Shown here: positions 30,521 through 40,017 of the stretch, one piece after another | Layout of the letters: every line of letters starts with the position of its first letter | How positions within the stretch are numbered: the stretch's first letter is position 1 | Assembly: GCA_964469605.1 (NCBI GenBank) | Contig: CAYXZA010000003.1 | Coordinates: 3,721-67,720 of the forward strand | Reading direction: 5' to 3' | DNA length: 64,000 nt | Origin: an uncultured Candidatus Saccharibacteria bacterium | GTDB taxonomy: Bacteria; Patescibacteriota; Minisyncoccia; Phycocordibacterales; DATDWN01 | Program-made: the position numbers and the translations under genes | The notes under the pieces: generated by a model | Told to the model about the DNA's origin: nothing | The model's input: only the letters and a program-made list of their open reading frames with translations | Databases searched by the model: none

Positions 30521-30727
30521 TCATTAATGATATCATATTATTAATATTATGTCAAGTTTTTAAATAATAATTTTTTAACATAAATTAAACCAATCTTAAA
30601 GTGGTTTTTATAAATATTTAATTTAAGTTATCTGGTTAAAAAAATCAAAATTTTTTAATTACTTTAATCAGTGGGCGAATGTATTATTATAATTCGCCCA
30701 AAATAATCATATTTTTATAGCATTTAT

Positions 30728-30979
30728 CTATTTGATTGAAGTTTCTGTTGGTTTTCTCATAAACCATTCACCGGCAAAACTTTTTTTCTTTTTTCCGGTA
30801 TTGATAGTTACTGTATAATCAGCTGAAGAAATTTTTCCGTTTTTATTATCTCTTTTTCTTAGAGCTACTATCTCAAATGGTCCATTTCCATATTTATTTA
30901 TCATTTCAGGTAGCATAGAAGGATAAGATTTTTTGTCCCAATATACAAATTCTCCAAGTGTTAAGTTCTTGATTATCAA
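30728..30979 (-). CDS. Small hypothetical protein
   Basis: AAGGAG upstream of TTG; downstream hairpin GGGCGAAT/ATTCGCCC. Confidence 0.65.
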   Translation of the reverse strand: MIIKNLTLGEFVYWDKKSYPSMLPEMINKYGNGPFEIVALRKRDNKNGKISSADYTVTINTGKKKKSFAGEWFMRKPTETSIK

Positions 30980-31030
30980 CTTAGACTCCTTTTGTAATTA
31001 TGCATATTATATAAATATATGTCAAATCTT

Positions 31031-31360
31031 GTGGGCAAGGAGGGACTTTACCTCGAAAAAACTAGTCTCAGTCAGACTAGTTTTTTCTGGTCACCAGTTT
31101 GTCGACAAGCACTGCTGTGCTCGTAGACCGACAAACTGTTCTCGTCCCTCTCATAAAGCTCCGCTTTATTCGAGAAATACCCCTCAGCTTTGCTGTGGGG
31201 ATTGGTAAAAGAGTGTCGGCGGTGGCCGACTCCTATACGAATATAAGAGCCATGGTTCGCCTCGCCAATACCTCGTTTGCTCTGCCAGCGAGGATCAGGC
31301 GAGGCGACTGCTTTTATTCTTGCTCCAACTAAAAAGCCGCCTAAGCGACTTTTTAGTGTG
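31031..31360 (-). repeat. tRNA-trailer structured element (Leu unit 2), interrupted by a MITE
   Basis: tRNA-Leu 3' copy at 31031-31047; core GGTCTAC..CAGCAG..GGTGACCA; antisense arm GAGCAAG-A[hairpin]GA-GAGGGAC once the MITE is removed. Confidence 0.9.
31165..31318. mobile_element. 154-bp MITE/REP-like element, copy 1
   Basis: Near-identical to 51428-51581; TTTATT at both ends; two AATACC...GGAT hairpins. Confidence 0.9.
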
Positions 31361-31370
31361 GACGAACAGT

Positions 31371-31787
31371 GTGGCTTTCCGAACTAGGGAAGTATAAGGG
31401 TTAAATAAGTTTAAGTATTAAAGAATTAAGTTTCATAAACGAGAAAGCCACGAGTGGTCTGTGACTTCTCGTGGCTTGTTAGTCGCCAATTGCGTTTTGA
31501 CGACCTGGCTGGGATTGGTGTTTCCAGTTCTTGGCTCCCTCATCAGCCAGGTACTTCAGGGCTCTGATGGAGTTTTTTCCATTTCGCATTGCTTGTCGCA
31601 ATGTTGCAGTGAAAAGTTCCTCACCTCCAATTTCCTCTTGAAAGGTTTTACCACCAGCAATAATGGTGATGGTTCCTTTCATTTCAAAACCGCCCGGTAG
31701 TTCATCTTTGGGTAACATTTTCGCTGTGCCTCCTCATTTGAGTATAGCACATAAATTGCACTATGTCAAATAAGTTCGGAAAACCAC
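31371..31787. mobile_element. Mini-cassette with 15-bp terminal inverted repeats
   Basis: GTGGCTTTCCGAACT and AGTTCGGAAAACCAC (14/15 complementary) enclose promoter, ORF and terminator. Confidence 0.6.
31479..31718 (-). CDS. Small hypothetical protein in the mini-cassette
   Basis: TTGACA-17-TATACT (31769-31741), GAGGAGG RBS, terminator at 31445-31477. Confidence 0.75.
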   Translation of the reverse strand: MLPKDELPGGFEMKGTITIIAGGKTFQEEIGGEELFTATLRQAMRNGKNSIRALKYLADEGAKNWKHQSQPGRQNAIGD

Positions 31788-31844
31788 CCATCTTATTCAA
31801 AATGAGTTAAAAAATATGTTGAGAAATAAAGTTATTTCGTAAGA

Positions 31845-31989
31845 TGGGCAAGGAGGGACTCGGTTGCAACTTTTGTTTTTCGTGAACTTAAAACAAAGTC
31901 GCGACCCCGCCTCACTTCTTTCTGGCTTTCTCGTCCCTCTCCAAACACACAAAAAATCACCTCAAGAAAGAAGTGATTTTTAGGTGTTG
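31845..31989 (-). repeat. tRNA-trailer structured element (Leu unit 1, reduced)
   Basis: tRNA 3' copy at 31845-31862; antisense GAGGGACGAGAA; hairpins. Confidence 0.85.
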
Positions 31990-32071
31990 TGGGCAAGGAG
32001 GGACTCGAACCCTCAATCCTTACGGAACTAGTTCCTAAGACTAGCGCGTATACCAATTCCGCCACTTGCCC
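31990..32071 (-). tRNA. tRNA-Leu(TAG)
   Basis: GGGCAAG/CTTGCCC; CTAGT-CTTAGGA-ACTAG; variable arm. Confidence 0.97.
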
Positions 32072-32145
32072 AATTTATATACTCTACACTATTTTCATAA
32101 AAAAATAAATAAGTATTTTATTTTTTTATGAAATATATTTTTATG

Positions 32146-32218
32146 TGCGCCCAGAGGGGATCGAACCCCCGACCATCTCCTTAAGAGGGAGCTGCTCTAC
32201 CAACTGAGCTATGGGCGC
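32146..32218 (-). tRNA. tRNA-Lys(CTT)
   Basis: GCGCCCA/TGGGCGC; loop CTCTTAA. Confidence 0.95.
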
Positions 32219-32224
32219 ATATTT

Positions 32225-32308
32225 TGGTGCCCAGGGAGGGACTCGAACCCTCAAGCCTTGCGGCAGGAGATTTTAAGTCTCCCGTGTATACCGTTCCACC
32301 ACCTGGGC
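32225..32308 (-). tRNA. tRNA-Leu(TAA)
   Basis: GCCCAGG/CCTGGGC; GGAGA-CTTAAAA-TCTCC; encoded CCA. Confidence 0.97.
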
Positions 32309-32359
32309 AATAAAATCAATTTAACATATTTTTTGAAATTAAAAAACATTATTTGATTG

Positions 32360-32433
32360 AGGCCACGGTGGGATTTGCACCCACGCGTCGCGGTTTTGCA
32401 GACCGCTGTGTTAACTAACTTCACCACGTGGCC
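32360..32433 (-). tRNA. tRNA-Cys(GCA)
   Basis: GGCCACG/CGTGGCC, U discriminator; GCGGT-CTGCAAA-ACCGC. Confidence 0.95.
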
Positions 32434-32435
32434 AT

Positions 32436-32675
32436 TTATTTGAACTTATTTTTAATGAGCAATCTTTGTTCTTTTGATTTGTAAAACATCTCCATTTCCA
32501 TAGCTTTTTTCCTTGATTCGTGTTCTTCATAATGAATCAGTTCCCATGGTCTGTATGCTTTCGTCGATCTGACATAACCTTTATTATGCCTTGAAAATCT
32601 AATAAATACATCTTGGCATGAACCTATATAAATGTCTTTATTTTTTAAACTTCTTATAAAATATACATAAAACAT
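32436..32675 (-). CDS. Small stand-alone GIY-YIG nuclease
   Basis: FYVYFIRS..IYIGS..RFSRHN..STK..RPW..E. Confidence 0.92.
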   Translation of the reverse strand: MFYVYFIRSLKNKDIYIGSCQDVFIRFSRHNKGYVRSTKAYRPWELIHYEEHESRKKAMEMEMFYKSKEQRLLIKNKFK

Positions 32676-32692
32676 TTTAGTAAATATTACGA

Positions 32693-32775
32693 TCGCGGTT
32701 TTGTCTAAAGATCTTTAGACAGACCGTTTAACTAACTTCACCACGTGGCCATTTATTTGAACTTATTTTTAATGA
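32693..32775 (-). repeat. Partial tRNA-Cys 5'-half copy with a palindrome in the anticodon
   Basis: 32728-32775 identical to 32411-32458 (48 bp); TGTCTAAAGATCTTTAGACA at 32702-32721. Confidence 0.92.
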
Positions 32776-32787
32776 ACAACTTCTCTT

Positions 32788-33108
32788 TTATGTATTTATA
32801 ATACTGTCTATTTTTTGACGATTTTTTTCACCTACATCTATTGCAAAATCTATATGAGGTATTCTGGTTATTTTAGATTTATCTCTTATAAATTGTTTAA
32901 AATCAGACCTTTTTCTTTTTGCAAAGTTTACAGCATTCTTCTCTTCGCTATCTGGAAATACTGTAAAGAAAATCATAGCATTTTTTTTGTCATTTGACAT
33001 TTCCACTTTTGTCACAGTCAAAAATGAAGAACCGTTACTCTCTTGTAGTAAAAATTTTGATGCCAAATGCATTATCTCTTCTTTTATTCTTTCTCTTCTT
33101 ATATTCAT
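32788..33108 (-). CDS. rbfA: Ribosome-binding factor A
   Basis: LTVTKVEMSND, RIPHIDFAID; follows infB. Confidence 0.92.
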   Translation of the reverse strand: MNIRRERIKEEIMHLASKFLLQESNGSSFLTVTKVEMSNDKKNAMIFFTVFPDSEEKNAVNFAKRKRSDFKQFIRDKSKITRIPHIDFAIDVGEKNRQKIDSIINT

Positions 33109-34556
33109 TAGTTTATTATGATTTTATCACCGGATGCTATTTCTAGCTTACATTCTACCATTGCTCCAAATTCTTTTGGATCCTCTATTTTATCAACTTC
33201 AACTTTTTGAACCTGCAAGTTTTTAACTTTTCCTATTGATATCTCCTCGTCCCTTCTAAATATTTTAATAGGGGAGCCAACTTTGATAACTCCTTCTTCT
33301 AGTTTACATCCTATGACTTGTTTGTCTTTAACTTTGCTAAATGTTTTCAATACTTTTACCAAACCTTTTACAGTTTCAACATCATTTTTTGGTTTTCTGT
33401 TTTCCAACTCTTCTTTCAACCACTCGCTCATCTTGTATATAATATCAAAAGTTTTTATTTCAATCCCTTCTTTTTCTGCAAAATGTGAAGCTAGATTGTC
33501 TGCTTTTACAGAAAAACCTACAACAATAGCTTTGTCTTTTCCATTTGCAATTTTAACATCGGCTTCTGTTATAGATCCTATTCCTGATCTTATTATTTTT
33601 GGAGATATTTCTTCATCGCCAATTTTTGATATCTCATATAAGACAGCATCAAGTGTTCCTGCCATATCAGCTTTAACAACTATTGGAAATCTATGTTTTG
33701 AATTTTTATCAATATAGTCTTCTTGGTTTTCAATCTTGTTTTTAGATGAGATTGCAGAGTTTTTATCTTTTGTTATATGAAAAAATTCTCCGGCTTTTGG
33801 TATGCTGTCAAAACCAAATATTTTAACAGGTGATGAAAAAGTCGCTTCTTTTATCTTTTTTCCATCACAATCCTCCATTGTTCTGATAGTTGCTATTGAT
33901 TCACCGCTAACTAGAAAATCACCAACTTCAATCTTTCCATCTTTTATTATACAGACTGCTGTTATTCCATTTTTACTATCTTTGTTACTTTCAAGTATAA
34001 ATCCATTACCGAGTTTATTTTCATCTCCGGATAGTCCTTCTATGTCTGAAACTAAAAGTATCATATCTAAAAGTTCGTTTATACCAACTCCTGTTTTTGC
34101 TGACACTTCAACACAAGGTATACTTCCTCCATATCCTTCTATGTATATTTCATTTTCAACAAGTGAGTTTTTTGTCTTTTCTATACTAGCATCTGGTTTG
34201 TCTATTTTTGTTATAGCCACAATGAAAGGGGTGTTGCTTTCTTTTATAAATTTTAAAGCTTCAACTGTTTGGGGTTTTACACCATCTTCGGCTGATACGA
34301 CAAGGATTGCTATATCTGCAACTTTTGCACCTCTTTTTCTTATTGACCTAAAAGCTTCGTGACCCGGGGTGTCAATAAAAGTTATTTTTTCTATCTGACC
34401 TTTTTCGTTTTTATGTTCTATTTCATAAGATGAAATATGTTGTGTTATACCACCAGCTTCATTTAGAGGTTTATTGCTTTTTCTTATATAAGAAAGCAAG
34501 GTTGATTTACCATGGTCTATATGACCCATTATTGAAACTGCTGGGGCTCTTTTCAT
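33108..34556 (-). CDS. infB: Translation initiation factor IF-2 (no N-terminal domain)
   Basis: MGHIDHGKSTLL, EAGGITQH, DTPGHEAF, IIYKM. Confidence 0.96.
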   Translation of the reverse strand: MKRAPAVSIMGHIDHGKSTLLSYIRKSNKPLNEAGGITQHISSYEIEHKNEKGQIEKITFIDTPGHEAFRSIRKRGAKVADIAILVVSAEDGVKPQTVEALKFIKESNTPFIVAITKIDKPDASIEKTKNSLVENEIYIEGYGGSIPCVEVSAKTGVGINELLDMILLVSDIEGLSGDENKLGNGFILESNKDSKNGITAVCIIKDGKIEVGDFLVSGESIATIRTMEDCDGKKIKEATFSSPVKIFGFDSIPKAGEFFHITKDKNSAISSKNKIENQEDYIDKNSKHRFPIVVKADMAGTLDAVLYEISKIGDEEISPKIIRSGIGSITEADVKIANGKDKAIVVGFSVKADNLASHFAEKEGIEIKTFDIIYKMSEWLKEELENRKPKNDVETVKGLVKVLKTFSKVKDKQVIGCKLEEGVIKVGSPIKIFRRDEEISIGKVKNLQVQKVEVDKIEDPKEFGAMVECKLEIASGDKIIIN

Positions 34557-34561
34557 AATAT

Positions 34562-35035
34562 TTATTTTTTAAGAGTTTTTTTACTTTTTTCTATTACAGA
34601 TTTCTCTTCTTCTGTGGTTTCAAATAGACTTTTAAATTTATTTACAGGTTTACTGAAAATAGATATTCTGTCTCTTGAATGCATACTTGATATAACAACA
34701 CCATCTCCGTTTTCATTTAGAAATGAAGTTGAAAAACTTTGATTTCCTCCATCTCCTGTTCCTTTAAAGGGATTAAACCTAACTGTTTCAACAGATTGAA
34801 TACTTTTTCTCAATCTTTCTTCAACTTCTTTAAAATACTCAATACTATCTAATTCAAATTCTTTTAGTTTGTCTATTTCGTTTTTAGTGTAGATTATTGT
34901 ATCTTCTAAACTTTTAGCATCTTTACCTAAAAGAATCCTTCTTAGTTTTATCTCTATTTTTGCGATCCAAATAACCATTACTATTAAAAGTAATAATAGA
35001 CAATATATTATTATTTGGTCTATATCAAAAGGCAT
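34562..35035 (-). CDS. DUF4446-like membrane-anchored protein
   Basis: VRFNPF..GGNQSFS..LNENGDGVVISS. Confidence 0.8.
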   Translation of the reverse strand: MPFDIDQIIIYCLLLLLIVMVIWIAKIEIKLRRILLGKDAKSLEDTIIYTKNEIDKLKEFELDSIEYFKEVEERLRKSIQSVETVRFNPFKGTGDGGNQSFSTSFLNENGDGVVISSMHSRDRISIFSKPVNKFKSLFETTEEEKSVIEKSKKTLKK

Positions 35036-35100
35036 TGGGTCAACTCTATCATATTTTTGACCTTTTGCAAAATATGTTTTTTAAGTTAATATGGTAAATA

Positions 35101-36342
35101 ATGAAACTAATATCAAATATAAAAGATCTTTTAAAGAGTAAACCCGAAAGGGTATTTATGGATTTTGCATCTTCTACATTTTTAAGAAAAGAAGTTTCTT
35201 TGTATATGGATCAGTTTAAAGATGTTTTTCATAATCCAAGCTCTATATATCTGGAAGGTAGGATTGCAAAAGAGTTACTTGACAAGGCAAAGAGTTCTTC
35301 TGCTAATTTTCTAAATTGTTCAAAAGATAATATTGTTTTCACGAGTGGTGGAACAGAGTCAAATAACTTATTTATATTGGGAACTATAAAAAAAGCTAAA
35401 GAAAACGGAATAGAAAAACCACACATAATATCTTCAAAAATAGAACATCCATCTGTTATTGAAACTTTAAATCAGTGTGTAAAGATGGGTGCAGAAGTTA
35501 CATTTTTAGATGTAGACAAAGAAGGTTTAGTTTCTGCATCTGTTGTGCATTCTTCCATAAAAGAAAATACAGTTTTAGTTTCTTTGATGTATGTAAACAA
35601 TGAAATAGGAGTTGTAAATGATATAAAAGATATAGGAATGTCTATAAAAAATTGGAAAGAAAAAGACTGTAAAAATGATCTGCAAAAGAAATTCAATTAT
35701 CCTTATTTTTATAGTGATTGTTGTCAGGCACCACTTTATTTCAATATAGATGTCCAGACTTTTGGTTTAGATGGTTTATCTATTGATGGTATAAAGATTT
35801 TTGGGCCAAAAGGTGTAGGACTTTTGTTTGTTAGAAAAAATCTATCAATAGAGTCTATTTTTTTTGGCGGTGGGCAAGAGATGGGACTTAGATCTGGAAC
35901 TGAAAATTATATTTCAGCCATTGGACTTGCAAAAGCTTTGGAGATTGCAAAACAAGAAAGATTTGATGTGTCCGAAAAAGTTTCTGAGTTAAGAGATTAT
36001 TTGAAAGATGAGGTTTTAAAAAATTTTCCAGAAGTCAAAGTTAACGGTTCTTTAAAGAAAAGATCTCCAAATAATATAAATTTTTGTATGAAAGTTTCAG
36101 GTAAATATTTAGATTCAGAGTATTTAACTGTTGTTCTAGATACTTTTGGTCTTTCTGTGTCATACTCCTCCTCTTGCAGAACTCTTAAAGAAGATTCAAG
36201 TTCTTATGTTGTTGAAAACTTAGGTCAAAAAGAGTGTGGCTCTTCTAGTTTGAGATTTTCTCTTTCAAAATACACAACAAAGGAAGATGTGGATTTTGCT
36301 GTAACTGCTTTAAAAAAAGCTGTTAAACAAGTTTGCCTTTAG
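35101..36342 (+). CDS. iscS: Cysteine desulfurase (IscS/NifS family)
   Basis: FTSGGTESNN, IEHPSV, NNEIG, KIFGPKG, LRSGTEN, SSSC. Confidence 0.9.
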   Translation: MKLISNIKDLLKSKPERVFMDFASSTFLRKEVSLYMDQFKDVFHNPSSIYLEGRIAKELLDKAKSSSANFLNCSKDNIVFTSGGTESNNLFILGTIKKAKENGIEKPHIISSKIEHPSVIETLNQCVKMGAEVTFLDVDKEGLVSASVVHSSIKENTVLVSLMYVNNEIGVVNDIKDIGMSIKNWKEKDCKNDLQKKFNYPYFYSDCCQAPLYFNIDVQTFGLDGLSIDGIKIFGPKGVGLLFVRKNLSIESIFFGGGQEMGLRSGTENYISAIGLAKALEIAKQERFDVSEKVSELRDYLKDEVLKNFPEVKVNGSLKKRSPNNINFCMKVSGKYLDSEYLTVVLDTFGLSVSYSSSCRTLKEDSSSYVVENLGQKECGSSSLRFSLSKYTTKEDVDFAVTALKKAVKQVCL

Positions 36343-36380
36343 TATTTTTTTGGTATAATAAAACTAATAAAAAAAAATAA

Positions 36381-37199
36381 ATGGAAGATCTAAATAAAAA
36401 TCAAATAATATTACTCACAATACTTATATCTTTTGTTACTTCAATAGCAACAGGTATTATGACAGTCTCTCTTTTGATGGAGGCACCTGTCGAAGTTACA
36501 CAAACAATAAATAAAGTTGTAGAAAAAACCATAGAAACAGTAACTACTCCAACTGAAATAGTTAGGGAAACAAATGGAAAGAAAGAAGTTGTAACTGTTG
36601 TTGTAAGTGAAGATGATAGGGTAGTTTCTGCAATAGATAAAAATACAAATTCTATTTTTAGGATTAGAGCTAGAAATAAAGGTCTAGGGGTGGATAATTT
36701 TTATGGGATTGGAATTGTTGTTTCAAAAGACGGCCTTATAGCCACAGATAAAAAACCAATATCAGAAGTTATGGAATATGTTGCTATAAATAGTTCTGGA
36801 AAAGAAATACCACTTGTTTATGTCCAGTCACCAGATAAAAAATCACAAATAGGATTCTTTCTAGCAAAACCAAAAGATAAGTATGTATTTTCACCATCTA
36901 GTTTAGCGGGTTCTGATGCTAAACTAGGGCAATCTGTTATAGCTATCGGTGGAGATGAAGTTAATTCTGTTGCAACTGGAAAAGTTACAACTTTAAATAC
37001 TTTAAGTGTTTCAACTACTACAAAAATTATTACTTCAATAGAAACTGATTTGTCCTCAAAAGATTTAGTTTACGGTGGCCCACTTCTTTCTCTCTCTGGT
37101 GAAGTTTTAGGTATATCATCTTCAGATTTTTCTTCAGCTAGGATTTTTATACCATCTAGTGTTTTAAAAACAGAAGTGTCTCTTATAAAAATCAACTAG
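36381..37199 (+). CDS. Membrane-anchored trypsin-like (HtrA-type) domain protein, probably inactive
   Basis: GIGIVVSKDGLIAT, LGQSVIAIG, GGPLLSLSGEVLGI; catalytic His and Ser replaced. Confidence 0.8.
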   Translation: MEDLNKNQIILLTILISFVTSIATGIMTVSLLMEAPVEVTQTINKVVEKTIETVTTPTEIVRETNGKKEVVTVVVSEDDRVVSAIDKNTNSIFRIRARNKGLGVDNFYGIGIVVSKDGLIATDKKPISEVMEYVAINSSGKEIPLVYVQSPDKKSQIGFFLAKPKDKYVFSPSSLAGSDAKLGQSVIAIGGDEVNSVATGKVTTLNTLSVSTTTKIITSIETDLSSKDLVYGGPLLSLSGEVLGISSSDFSSARIFIPSSVLKTEVSLIKIN

Positions 37200-37312
37200 A
37201 AATTTGCAAAAAATTTTTAAGTTTTTGTGTATTTTTCCCTTGACCTAAAAATATTTAGGGAGTATAGTTAACTTGTTAACTATTTTTAAATTTAAGTATA
37301 AAAAATAAAATT

Positions 37313-39982
37313 ATGCCACCATTTAATCATTTCACTACCAAAGCAAAAGATGCAATAAGAAGGGCTCATGAGCTCGCAATAGAAAGAGGTCAGAACCATG
37401 TAAATGTTATGCATCTTTTAACAGCTCTTGTTGTTCAAGAAGAGAGTATGGTTATATCTATTTTAGAAAAAATGGATGTTGATACTATACTTTTAACAGA
37501 CTCACTTTTAGATAGTATGGATGGTGAAGATACTGGTCAAACTCTTTCTGCTTCTTATCAACTTTATTTAACTCCTGAACTTGCCCAGGTCATTGAACAT
37601 TCTGACCGTGTTGCAAAGGGTATGAAAGATGAATTTGTCTCAACTGAACATTTGTTTTTGGCTACACTTGATATTCCAAGTCAAGCAAGAGATATAATAT
37701 CAAAATTTAAAGTAACAAAAGATAAAGTTTTGTTTGCAATAGAAGAAATTAAAAATCAAAAAACTGATGATAAAAGTTCTGTTAAAAAATTTAAATCACT
37801 TTCTAAATACACCAGAAGTTTAACAAAACTAGCTTTGGCAAATAAACTAGATCCTGTCATTGGTCGTGATGATGAGATAGCTAGAATAATCCAAATACTT
37901 TCAAGAAGAACAAAAAATAATCCGATTTTGATAGGTGAGGCTGGTGTTGGAAAAACTGCTATTGCTGAAGGTTTGGCAATAAAAATGGCAACAGGAGATA
38001 TTCCAGAATCTCTAAAAGATAAAGAGCTTGTTTCTTTGGATTTAGGTCTTTTGATAGCTGGAACAAAATACAGAGGTGAGTTTGAAGAAAGACTTAAAAA
38101 CATACTAAAAGAAGTTGAAAAATCTGACGGCAAAATAATTTTGTTTATAGACGAAATACATACTATAGTTGGAGCTGGTGCAGCCGAGGGGTCAATGGAT
38201 GCTTCAAATATGCTTAAACCGGCACTTGCAAGAGGTGAGCTTCGTGCTATCGGAGCAACAACTCTAAGGGAGTATCAAAAACATATTGAAAAAGATCCAG
38301 CACTAACAAGAAGATTTCAACCTGTTTATGTAAACGAGCCTTCTGTTGAAGATGCCATAACTATACTTCGTGGTTTAAAAGAGAGATATGAACTATTTCA
38401 CGGTGTTAGGATCACAGATGAAGCTATTGTTTCTGCGGTTAACCTTTCTTCAAGGTATATAACAGATAGATTTTTGCCAGATAAAGCCGTTGACCTTATA
38501 GATGAAGCATCTTCTTATTTAAAAATTTCTTTGGAAAATATGCCACCTGTGCTACAAGAAACAAATTCCAAAGTTGTTAAACTTGAAATAGAAAAAGAAG
38601 CTCTTAAAAAAGAAACTGATGTAAAATCTAAAAACAGAATAAAAGAAATTGAAAAAGAAATCGCTGATCTGAAAGAAAAGACATCCGAGATTGAACTTAA
38701 ATGGAGAAATGAAAAAGAAACAGTTACTGTTATAAAAGATTTGAAAAAGAAACTTGAAGAGCTTAAAGTTGAAGCTGAAAATGCAGAGCTTAAAGTTGAT
38801 TTAGCTTTGGCTGCTCAAATAAGATACGGGCAGATACCTCTTTGTGAAAGAGATTTGGAAAATGCTATAAAAAGATTGAAAAAGTTACAAAGTGGTAGGA
38901 GGATTTTGAAAGAAGAAATAACAGAGAGTGATATTGCTGTTATAGTTTCAAAATGGACAGGTATCCCAGTTTCTAGAATGCTTGAATCTGAAGCTGATAA
39001 ATTGAGTAGAATGCAAGAAATTTTAGAAAACAGAATCATCGGACAAAAAGAGGCTGTGTTGAAAATATCTGATACTATAAAAAGATCAAGAGCTGGTATA
39101 AGTGATCCAAATAGACCTATTGGCTCTTTTCTATTTTTAGGTCCGACAGGTGTCGGAAAGACAGAATTAACAAAAGCTTTGGCAGAGTTTATGTTTAGCG
39201 ATGAAAAAGCTCTCATAAGGGTTGATATGTCTGAATTTATGGAAAAACATTCAGTTTCAAAGCTTATTGGAGCACCCGCTGGATATGTAGGTTATGATGA
39301 GGGAGGAACATTTACAGAACAAGTAAGACATCGTCCTTATGCCGTAATACTTTTTGATGAAGTTGAAAAAGCTCACCCAGAGGTTTTCAATATCTTGCTT
39401 CAAGTTTTGGATAATGGAAAATTAACAGATGCAAAAGGTAGAGTTGTTAATTTTAGAAATACTGTAATTATTTTGACTTCAAATATAGGTGCAGAACATA
39501 TAGACAAGATGGAAAAGCTCGGATTTAGTGCGGATAAGACAGCCAATGCAAATTATACAGATGCAAAAGAAAAAATAAATTCATCTCTGAAAAATTATTT
39601 TAGACCAGAGTTTATAAACAGATTAGATGAGATAGTTATATTTGATATATTGTCTCCTGATGCTATAAAAGAAATTGTTAAAATACAAATAGATATAATA
39701 ACAAACAGATTAAAGGAAAAAGATATTAAACTAAGTTTCTCAAAAGAAGTTTTAGATGTGTTGGCAAAGGACGGATATAACCCACAATATGGAGCAAGAC
39801 CACTGAAAAGGCTTATACAGACAAAAATATTAAATCCAATAGCAAATCTGATAATAGGAAAAAAAGTTTTCAAAGGTGGTGTTATAAATATAGGATATAA
39901 AAATGAAGAGTTTAACTTTGAAGTTAAAAATTCTAAAAAGATATTGGGTGATAGTTTTATTGTGTCTGGTTTATCTGTTTGA
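37313..39982 (+). CDS. clpB: ATP-dependent chaperone ClpB
   Basis: Two AAA modules (GEAGVGKT, GPTGVGKT) and a long coiled-coil middle domain. Confidence 0.93.
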   Translation: MPPFNHFTTKAKDAIRRAHELAIERGQNHVNVMHLLTALVVQEESMVISILEKMDVDTILLTDSLLDSMDGEDTGQTLSASYQLYLTPELAQVIEHSDRVAKGMKDEFVSTEHLFLATLDIPSQARDIISKFKVTKDKVLFAIEEIKNQKTDDKSSVKKFKSLSKYTRSLTKLALANKLDPVIGRDDEIARIIQILSRRTKNNPILIGEAGVGKTAIAEGLAIKMATGDIPESLKDKELVSLDLGLLIAGTKYRGEFEERLKNILKEVEKSDGKIILFIDEIHTIVGAGAAEGSMDASNMLKPALARGELRAIGATTLREYQKHIEKDPALTRRFQPVYVNEPSVEDAITILRGLKERYELFHGVRITDEAIVSAVNLSSRYITDRFLPDKAVDLIDEASSYLKISLENMPPVLQETNSKVVKLEIEKEALKKETDVKSKNRIKEIEKEIADLKEKTSEIELKWRNEKETVTVIKDLKKKLEELKVEAENAELKVDLALAAQIRYGQIPLCERDLENAIKRLKKLQSGRRILKEEITESDIAVIVSKWTGIPVSRMLESEADKLSRMQEILENRIIGQKEAVLKISDTIKRSRAGISDPNRPIGSFLFLGPTGVGKTELTKALAEFMFSDEKALIRVDMSEFMEKHSVSKLIGAPAGYVGYDEGGTFTEQVRHRPYAVILFDEVEKAHPEVFNILLQVLDNGKLTDAKGRVVNFRNTVIILTSNIGAEHIDKMEKLGFSADKTANANYTDAKEKINSSLKNYFRPEFINRLDEIVIFDILSPDAIKEIVKIQIDIITNRLKEKDIKLSFSKEVLDVLAKDGYNPQYGARPLKRLIQTKILNPIANLIIGKKVFKGGVINIGYKNEEFNFEVKNSKKILGDSFIVSGLSV

Positions 39983-40017
39983 TATAATATGAGTATTATT
40001 ATAAGTTTAATATATAT

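Noticed and set aside
32093-32133. Perfect 17-bp AT-rich hairpin between tRNA-Leu and tRNA-Lys
   Set aside because: Low complexity and most simply a terminator or processing stem; it lacks the trailer-element core.
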